DNA of 32,000 nucleotides from Candidatus Paracaedimonas acanthamoebae (GTDB lineage Bacteria; Pseudomonadota; Alphaproteobacteria; Caedimonadales; Caedimonadaceae): NCBI GenBank assembly GCA_000743035.1, contig CP008936.1, positions 1,380,001 to 1,412,000 of the forward strand, read 5' to 3'. Shown piece by piece: positions 25,628 to 32,000 of this stretch (position 1 is its first letter; each line of letters starts with the position of its first letter). The notes under the pieces were generated by a model. It saw only the letters and a program-made list of their open reading frames with translations, ran no database searches and was not told where the DNA came from. The position numbers and the translations under genes were made by a program.

Positions 25628-27289
25628 CTAAAATTTTTTGAATGAAAAGGCTCGCGGGTCTTTAGTAAAAGTTTCATATACGGCTTGATCCGCTGGGGTA
25701 ATTGTAGAAGTTAATGCTTCTGACTCTCTTCCATTATGGACGATTGTTGCACGTAAGAAAATAACCAGCTCAGAAACAACTCTTTGATCACTTTTACTTT
25801 TAAACAAAAAATCTAAGAATGGTATATTTAAGCCTTCAACTGTCTCTGTTATTCCTGGAACACTTGTTTGTTCATTATCGGAACGTTCTTCCATCAGTCC
25901 CCCCATAATGACGATTTCTCCCGATTTCATATGGACAACTGAATCAAGCTCTCGTACTTGAACTTCAGGAACCAAGGATTGCTGCTTTTGCTCTGAAACA
26001 ATTGCAACTGCTGGATCTTGCTTCTCATCAACAATTCTAGAAATCGTAGGCCTTAATGTCATAGTAATTGAACCATTTTCAAGGTTAATTGCAGGATGAA
26101 CAGTCATAACAAGACCGATGGGTACTGTTTGAACTTCGCTTGAAACATACTCGTGTTCACGACGGGAATCATATCCATAGTCTCGATTATAATCTATTCG
26201 AAAAAAGACATGATTTGTTGCCACTTTCAAAACTGCTGATTGGTTGTTCATAACCGTTAATCTTGAACTTGAAAGCGTCCTTACGGTACCGAATTTTTCC
26301 ATAAAATATAAAAGGCTTGTTAGCTTTGGCTCTCCTAAACCAATCCTTAAAACATCGCGCTGACTTGAGTCTTCATTTTTAAAAGAACCAGGCATTACCA
26401 AACGCCCTAAAGGAGCTTGTAAGGCGAAGTCTCCCTTAAGAATATTCCAATTAATTCCACTTTTAAATTCATCTTTTAGCAAAACCTCAACAACCTTTGC
26501 TTCAATGAGAACTTGAGAAGTTGTGTTGTCACTTAATAATTGAAAGTATTTTTCCACTTGCTCATGTTGAGCTTCAGTTGCAAAAATTGAAATAATTCCA
26601 GCTTGTTTATGAATCGCATAAGATGGCTCAGTCTGCTCTTCTAGCATATTTTCAGGTAATAATATTGTAGCTAACGTATTCTCAACTTCCTCCCAAAAAT
26701 CCGTTTTAGTTTCTGCCTCTAGAAGTGTGTTAGAACCATTGTCAAGTTCTGCTTTGCGACTATCAACTGCAGTAAATACATCTGTCGCTATTGAAATACG
26801 ATTCTGATTTGCTCGCGTTAATGATAAAAATTGTACATTATAATTCTTTAAATAAGGGTGATCTAATTCTATACGTAAAATATTGTTGCAGATTTTATAA
26901 CGAAGATGCGTTATAGCACATATCTCACGCACCACTTCAATCACTTCTTTATTATAAATTTGAAAATTAATACCTCCTTTAATAAGAGGATCAAGCGCTA
27001 TATCTACTTTTGCTTCTTTGGCAATTTGCATAAAAATATCTTTTAATTGTACTGTTTCTGTTGTGGAAAGAGTTACTTTTTTCTTCAAACTAGGAGGAAC
27101 ATTTTCGTTCAGTTTTTTAGGTAAAATTGAGATACGTTTACTTTTTTGTTGGGAAAGTTCTTGCATGAGTCTACTCTCATACTCATACGGATGCAATTTT
27201 GTTACCTTATCATATTGTGAATAACGCTCGGCTGTTTTACAAGCGGTGAGCCCTAAAAAAGCAACAAGAGACACGAAATAATGACGCAA
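25628..27289 (-). CDS. secretin-family outer-membrane lipoprotein (MshL/PilQ-like)
   Basis: 553 aa with a TTG start. Lipobox LGLTAC at residues 13-18, an N-terminal secretin-N-like repeat, and a C-terminal secretin domain ending VPGITE...IPFLDFLFKSKSDQRVVSELVIFLRATIV. Confidence 0.85.
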   Translation of the reverse strand: MRHYFVSLVAFLGLTACKTAERYSQYDKVTKLHPYEYESRLMQELSQQKSKRISILPKKLNENVPPSLKKKVTLSTTETVQLKDIFMQIAKEAKVDIALDPLIKGGINFQIYNKEVIEVVREICAITHLRYKICNNILRIELDHPYLKNYNVQFLSLTRANQNRISIATDVFTAVDSRKAELDNGSNTLLEAETKTDFWEEVENTLATILLPENMLEEQTEPSYAIHKQAGIISIFATEAQHEQVEKYFQLLSDNTTSQVLIEAKVVEVLLKDEFKSGINWNILKGDFALQAPLGRLVMPGSFKNEDSSQRDVLRIGLGEPKLTSLLYFMEKFGTVRTLSSSRLTVMNNQSAVLKVATNHVFFRIDYNRDYGYDSRREHEYVSSEVQTVPIGLVMTVHPAINLENGSITMTLRPTISRIVDEKQDPAVAIVSEQKQQSLVPEVQVRELDSVVHMKSGEIVIMGGLMEERSDNEQTSVPGITETVEGLNIPFLDFLFKSKSDQRVVSELVIFLRATIVHNGRESEALTSTITPADQAVYETFTKDPRAFSFKKF

Positions 27290-27368
27290 TATTAAAAAAT
27301 CCTAATAGTTTATTATCTCTCATAAATTATCTGGAATATACGAATAAACTCTAGGTGAATTTTAGCCC

Positions 27369-28073
27369 ATGATTTTATTTTTTATTATTGGACTTACTTT
27401 AGGAAGTTTTGCCAACGTTCTTATTAGACGTCTTCCACAGAAGAACATTAATTTGTGGACTCCTTCTCATTGTTTTCAATGCGCACATTCTCTTAGTTGG
27501 TTGGAACTCATCCCCATTATTTCATGGTGCATTCAAAAAGGACGATGTAAACACTGTAATTATTCGATATCTTTACTTTATCCACTTCTTGAAGGAACTG
27601 TTGCTGTAAGTTTTATAATTTGTTTTAATTTTTCACCGCAACTTTTGGTGGCTTGTCTGCTCTCTTTATTAAGTTACTTTTTTATTCTTGTGATCGTGAT
27701 CGATTTTAGAGAAAAGATCATTTTAAATTGGCTCAATATTGCAATTTCGATAACAATTTTATGCTTACAACTTGCTGAACATAAAGATATCTCTTTAGCT
27801 TTTCTTTCAACTTTTATAACTGCGTTTGTTGGGGTAGGACTTAAAACTGCGTTTGTAAAAATAAAAAATGTCCATGCTTTAGGAGGAGGAGATATCAAGC
27901 TCATGAGCGCTTTACCTTTAGGCCTTGAGGTGCAGCAACTTCCCTATTAGTTTATTCTCTCAGGTGGTTTAGGTCTTTTGACAGCAATTATATGGACTAA
28001 GATCAAACAGGAAAAAAGATTCCCGTTTGGTCCAGCACTCATTATTGGGTTTATTGTCATATACTTAACGTAA
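27369..28073 (+). pseudogene. pilD: prepilin peptidase (A24 family, PilD-like) interrupted by an in-frame TAG at 27948-27950
   Basis: N-terminal DiS-P-DiS zinc-finger cysteines (CFQCAHSL...CKHCNYSI), the catalytic-Asp context IDFRE, and GGGDIKLM. After ...QQLPY-TAG the same frame continues FILSGGLGLLTAIIWTKIKQEKRFPFGPALIIGFIVIYLT-TAA, the conserved C-terminus. Confidence 0.8.
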
Positions 28074-28107
28074 CTAAGCTCTATTTAAGTTCGTTAAATC
28101 GAGAATT

Positions 28108-28746
28108 TTATCCATTTTTCTGTGTGGTAAAAGTAGGACTTCTCCCTTCACGCATGAGCTTTAAAAGCCCTTCAATTTGGCCGCTATTTTGGCTAATAAT
28201 GCCCCCATATTCAGAACGTTGAGTAATACTCATGCTGACGCCATTGATAATAATATCATAGACTCGAAGTCCTTTTTTTGTCTGAAAAATTTTCCAATTA
28301 ATTTTAAGAGGTGGCGCTCCTGTTTTCCTCTTAATGATACTCATCACCATGATTCCTTGATCAGAGTCTTCACGAACATTTTGAACTTCCAGCGTTTCAT
28401 TTTGATAATTATCAAATTGGGCAGCATAATTATCAACAATAGCATTTTCAAAGAGCACTAAATATTCTGTTTTTTGTTGATCTGTTGCTCTTTTCCAATA
28501 TCTCGCGAGCACAAATTTCCCAATTTCTGGAATATCAAAATAATCACGTAAAACTTGACGAAATTTTTCTTTACGTTCTGTTAAGGGCGCATTTTTGTTA
28601 ACCAAAATGCTTATAATATTATTTCCCAGAGTCGTAATAAATCTTTTATATATTTCACTATTTTCAGTCACAGCTTGAGAAAATGATTGATTAATAAATA
28701 ATATAAAAAAAAGAAAAAACCTCAGTTTTCGATATAACCACAACAT
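28108..28746 (-). CDS. mlaC: phospholipid-binding periplasmic protein MlaC (Ttg2D/toluene-tolerance family)
   Basis: 212 aa with a signal peptide. MlaC-like stretches: FRQVLRDYFDIPEIGKFVLARYWKRATDQQKTEY, NWKIFQTKKGLRVYDIIINGVSMSITQRSEY. Confidence 0.85.
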   Translation of the reverse strand: MLWLYRKLRFFLFFILFINQSFSQAVTENSEIYKRFITTLGNNIISILVNKNAPLTERKEKFRQVLRDYFDIPEIGKFVLARYWKRATDQQKTEYLVLFENAIVDNYAAQFDNYQNETLEVQNVREDSDQGIMVMSIIKRKTGAPPLKINWKIFQTKKGLRVYDIIINGVSMSITQRSEYGGIISQNSGQIEGLLKLMREGRSPTFTTQKNG

Positions 28747-28761
28747 TTTAATTTCCTGTAT

Positions 28762-29562
28762 TTATTTTTCTGACGGTCTGGGAGAATCCAATCCAATAAC
28801 GGTATCTCCTTGTATCATGAACTTTCTATTTTGCCCATAAATACTTTGGAGTGTCAGATAAGGATCATGCGCATTGTTTACACGCTTCCAAAGAGCATTA
28901 GCATTCACTCGAGCATCAATAGCTGTGGCAACTATACGCGTATAAACAAGAGAAGAAGTATGATTTTTACGTGCCAAGTAATTTATTGGATCAATGATAA
29001 AATCTAAAATTTTTCCTGTAAAATCTCGGATAGTTGAAGGCCCTAAAATAGGGATCATTAAGTAAGCACCGTCATCAATCCCATACTTTCCTAGAGTCTG
29101 CCCAAAATCGCTCGTATGCGCCTGAATATCAAAAACTTCAACAGCTGGATCAAAAAGTCCTCCTAACCCTAATGTCGAATTGATCAAAAAGCGGGCAAGT
29201 GAATCAATAGCTTGCTCTTCTTCAGCTTGTAAAACATCATGGATAAAAATCAAAGGAGTACTGAGATTGCTTAAAATACTATGAACTCTATCTTTAATTG
29301 CATCAGGCAATCCTTCATCATACACTTCAGCTATAGATTTAAGTATATATTTATCAAAGTCCTGGTTAAAATTGAAAATACTTCGATTAAGATCTTCTAA
29401 AGGATCATCCACAGATGTTATTTCTTCAACTTCTTTCGTGGAATCTCTATCACTTAAAACTAAATCAGAGCTATATCCTCTTGAAAATGAAAGAAAAATT
29501 ATCCCTAAAAGAAAGATAAAAAAAGTATTTTTTCTTGTAAAAAAATTAAGTTTATAACCCAT
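28762..29562 (-). CDS. mlaA: MlaA/VacJ family outer-membrane lipid-asymmetry protein
   Basis: 266 aa. Conserved DPLEDLNRSIFNFN, NSTLGLGGLFDPA and GAYLMIPILGPSTIRD motifs of VacJ/MlaA. Directly upstream of mlaC on the same strand. Confidence 0.88.
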   Translation of the reverse strand: MGYKLNFFTRKNTFFIFLLGIIFLSFSRGYSSDLVLSDRDSTKEVEEITSVDDPLEDLNRSIFNFNQDFDKYILKSIAEVYDEGLPDAIKDRVHSILSNLSTPLIFIHDVLQAEEEQAIDSLARFLINSTLGLGGLFDPAVEVFDIQAHTSDFGQTLGKYGIDDGAYLMIPILGPSTIRDFTGKILDFIIDPINYLARKNHTSSLVYTRIVATAIDARVNANALWKRVNNAHDPYLTLQSIYGQNRKFMIQGDTVIGLDSPRPSEK

Positions 29563-29765
29563 AAAATTATCTAAATTTTGTTCCTAATAATTTTAATATA
29601 CATGTGAAACTATCACCAAATTCTTAACAACTAAATATTATTCTTGATGTATTATAATAAAATTTTCAAAGAAATCATAACAAGCATTCATTTTGAAATG
29701 AGCATTGGTTTTCCTCGTTAGTTGAGCTATAATTTTGTGATTTTAAAAATTTGGGCACCCTAGAA

Positions 29766-30377
29766 ATGATCCGTAAATTTTTTATGTTTTTAGTTCTCTG
29801 TTTTTTAAGCCATGTGTCTGTAGAAGCAGCTCCAACAAAGAAACAAATCTCTGTTAAAGTAGAAGACATCCCCGAAATTGTTGTTGGCAAAGAAACTGCC
29901 CCTATTACCATTATTGAATATTCTTCTTTAACATGCAGTCATTGTGCAGAGTTTCATGTGCAAACCTGGCCACATCTAAAAAAGAAGTATATAGACTCTG
30001 GTAAGGTAAAATTTATTTTTCGGCATTTTCCGACGGATGCAACTGCCCTGAAAGCAACAGCTATTTTAATTCATGTGCCTTTACCTCGACAACCTCAAGT
30101 CCTTCAGCAAGCGTTTGAGACCCAAGCCCAATGGGTTGAAACAAAAGATTTTAAAGCACTTAGTCGTATTTGTGGTTTAGAAGAAAAGTTTTGTGAACAT
30201 ATTATCAAAAATCCTAAAGTTTTAGACGCCATTATAAAAAAGAGAGTAATTTATGAAAAAGCCTTGCTTATTGACGGGACGCCCACATTTATTATTAATG
30301 GAAAGGTTTATGCAAGAGATCTTAAACTACCTGAATTAGAAAAAATTCTTAATGGTTCTATTACCCATGCAAACTAA
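29766..30377 (+). CDS. DsbA-family thiol:disulfide oxidoreductase (periplasmic)
   Basis: Signal peptide MIRKFFMFLVLCFLSHVSVEAAP, thioredoxin-fold CxxC active site (SLTCSHCAEFH), and a GTPTFIING C-terminal motif. The start is taken at ATG 29766. The ORF track begins at TTG 29751. Confidence 0.85.
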   Translation: MIRKFFMFLVLCFLSHVSVEAAPTKKQISVKVEDIPEIVVGKETAPITIIEYSSLTCSHCAEFHVQTWPHLKKKYIDSGKVKFIFRHFPTDATALKATAILIHVPLPRQPQVLQQAFETQAQWVETKDFKALSRICGLEEKFCEHIIKNPKVLDAIIKKRVIYEKALLIDGTPTFIINGKVYARDLKLPELEKILNGSITHAN

Positions 30378-30699
30378 CTTAAATTTTAAGCTCGTTGCAG
30401 AAAAAACTTTTGAATCCCTCTCGTCAATTCTTGAAGACGTTTTAGAAGATAAAGGAGAAATTGAAGATACAGGGGGAATATTAAAAATATTGCTCTCGAA
30501 CAGCAATACAGTGCTATTAAATTTTCATACACCCACTAGCCAAATCTGGCTTTCATCCCCTTTAAGTGGGGCTCTTCATTTTTCATGGGATGATCAACAA
30601 AGAAAATGGCTATCGACACGCTCTCCACATGAAGATCTTTTTACTTTCCTTGAAAGAGACCTATCTCAACTCTGTGGGTTTTCAGTTGACTTAAAATGA
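30367..30699 (+). CDS. cyaY: CyaY, frataxin homologue (Fe-S cluster assembly)
   Basis: About 110 aa with a frataxin-like pattern: acidic N-terminal helix (FESLSSILEDVLEDKGEIED), ILKILLSNSNTVLLNFHTPTSQIWLSSPLSGALHFSW. The start is taken at ATG 30367. The stop overlaps the next gene's ATG (ATGA). Confidence 0.8.
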   Translation: MQTNLNFKLVAEKTFESLSSILEDVLEDKGEIEDTGGILKILLSNSNTVLLNFHTPTSQIWLSSPLSGALHFSWDDQQRKWLSTRSPHEDLFTFLERDLSQLCGFSVDLK

Positions 30700-32000
30700 A
30701 ACAAGAAGATTCTCAAAGTTACTCTTTAAAACTTTACTCGCCCTTAAAAGAACTTATTCCTTACCTCAAACCTTATTCTTGCTCTCTTTTAATAACTTTT
30801 TTTGCTCTTTGCGGAGCCGCTTTTTCCATTCTTTTTATTGGGCCTAGCCTTCGCTTTTTAATAGACGGCGGCTTTCAAACTGAAAATCTAGAACTTCTTA
30901 ACAAAGCAATTTTGATGCTTATCGTGCTTAGTTTAGTACTAGCTTTCTCTGCTTATATTCGACTTTCTAGCACCTCTTGGCTTGCAGAACAAATCGTCGC
31001 TGACTTAAGGAAAGACTTTTTTGCTCATCTTCTAAGGCTTGATACTCATTTTTTTGATAATGCTCGCTTAGGCGATATCATCGCGCGACTTAGTGATGAC
31101 TGCACACTTCTTAAAACTCTTTTAAGTACTTCTGGAGCCATCGTCATTAGAGGGTTTATCCAATTTATGGGCGCTTTAATCCTCATGTTTTTCACTAGCT
31201 TAAAATTGACGTTTTTTGCCGTTTTAATCATACCTATCGCCTTTTTTCCCATCGGATTATTGGGTGGGCGCTTAAAAAGAAAAACATTAGAGGTACAAAA
31301 TGCCCAGGGTGATCTCATCGCCTTCTCGGAAGAACGGCTTTCAGGAACTACAACTATTCAAGCTTTTACCCAAGAAGAAGCCGTTATCAATCAATTCGCA
31401 GCCTTAAGTACTGCTAACCTTAAAATGAGTCGCGAAAATCTTCGGATGAGAGCTCTTCTGATTTCTCTGGTAATTGGATGTGTCTTTATTGCCCTCAGTA
31501 TTCTCTTAAGTTTAGGAGGATACAGTGTTCTTTCGAAAAATTTAAGTCCAGGAACGTTTCTCTCTTTTTTATTTTATGCTCTTATTGCTGCAGGCTCTTT
31601 AAATGAAATTGCAGAAGTTTTAGGGGATTTTCAGAAAGCCGCGGGAGCTATGAGTCGCCTTCTTGAGATCCTAAGGACACCTTCTAGACTCAATAAGCCG
31701 CACTCTACTTTTGTCCCTAAAACACATCTTCAAGGTCATTTGGGTTTAAAAAATGTTTCTTTTGCTTACCCTACCCGCCCTCAAATACAAGCTCTTGAGA
31801 ATATTTCTTTTGAAATCAAAAAAGGCGAAAAAGTTGCGATCATTGGACCATCCGGTGCTGGAAAAAGTACTCTTTTTAAGCTCTTATTAAGGTTTTATGA
31901 CCCTCAAGCAGGATCGATTTTTATTGATGGCCATGAAGCACCTATCCTCAACCTCCAAGTGCTCCGGCAAACCTTTTCTTTAGTGGCTCAAGAAACAACC
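30696..32000 (+). CDS. ABC exporter, fused permease-ATPase (ABCB/MsbA-type), 3'-truncated by the window end
   Basis: Not in the ORF track because it runs off the window. I translated 435 open codons by hand. There is a six-helix ABC_membrane-type N-terminal domain, then a Walker A motif (IIGPSGAGKSTL at ~31842). The track ORF 31046-31318 (-) is its antisense shadow. Confidence 0.9.
   Translation, partial: MKQEDSQSYSLKLYSPLKELIPYLKPYSCSLLITFFALCGAAFSILFIGPSLRFLIDGGFQTENLELLNKAILMLIVLSLVLAFSAYIRLSSTSWLAEQIVADLRKDFFAHLLRLDTHFFDNARLGDIIARLSDDCTLLKTLLSTSGAIVIRGFIQFMGALILMFFTSLKLTFFAVLIIPIAFFPIGLLGGRLKRKTLEVQNAQGDLIAFSEERLSGTTTIQAFTQEEAVINQFAALSTANLKMSRENLRMRALLISLVIGCVFIALSILLSLGGYSVLSKNLSPGTFLSFLFYALIAAGSLNEIAEVLGDFQKAAGAMSRLLEILRTPSRLNKPHSTFVPKTHLQGHLGLKNVSFAYPTRPQIQALENISFEIKKGEKVAIIGPSGAGKSTLFKLLLRFYDPQAGSIFIDGHEAPILNLQVLRQTFSLVAQETT

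Noticed and set aside
27369-28073. Initial impression that the prepilin peptidase is frameshifted, and the idea that its TAG is recoded (for example as pyrrolysine)
   Set aside because: Coordinates show both parts are in the same frame (27369 and 27951 are both divisible by 3), so it is a nonsense codon, not a frameshift. TAG is used as an ordinary stop by other genes in this window (for example 10291-10293 and 11731-11733), and nothing suggests a recoding system here.
27018-31318. ORFs 27018-27224, 27409-27609, 27674-27904, 28177-28461, 28810-29007, 29372-29557, 29675-29911 and 31046-31318
   Set aside because: All are nested in or antisense to the secretin, prepilin peptidase, mlaC, mlaA, the dsbA-like start region or the ABC exporter. 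ORF 31046-31318 is antisense to an exporter reading frame that I verified as open for 435 codons.

Overview
This 32-kb window comes from a low-GC Gram-negative genome. It is most likely a host-associated alphaproteobacterium (Rickettsiales/Holosporales-like). That call is an inference from the complex-I protein sequences, a nuo cluster that stops after nuoI, and a tlyC-like gene.

Core backbone:
- nuoD-E-F-G-H-I (2-6658), a DHA2-type MFS exporter, and tRNA-Thr(CGU).
- After the island: a CNNM/CorC (TlyC-like) protein, tRNA-Asn and tRNA-Cys, DedA, and an RND adaptor plus pump pair.
- Then a small C39-like cysteine peptidase, an MshL/PilQ-type lipoprotein secretin, and a divergent prepilin peptidase carrying an in-frame TAG.
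- Finally mlaC-mlaA, a DsbA-like oxidoreductase, cyaY (frataxin homologue), and the 5' part of an ABCB-type exporter.

Accessory island: a ~9.4-kb, compositionally mosaic block (about 8475-17917) sits between tRNA-Thr and a decayed IS2-group (IS3 family) element. Its plus-strand half encodes three family-less proteins with signal-peptide-like N-termini.
- Two of them are split by a +1-correctable shift in a homopolymer (T8, A9).
- One carries an HxE...CxxC pattern embedded in deaminase-like secondary-structure context.

Its minus-strand half is an XRE-headed array of three polymorphic-toxin-like modules:
- an uncharacterised His/Arg-rich C-terminal domain;
- an HNH/EndoVII-like AYHH domain followed by a SUKH-1 immunity gene;
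- a 5'-truncated PT-VENN-like orphan.
Two tightly coupled immunity genes are present. Two of the modules share a ~38-aa junction module. No delivery domain is recognisable.

No CRISPR array, rRNA gene or long tandem repeat was seen. All functional calls rest on motif recognition by eye, and no database search was run.
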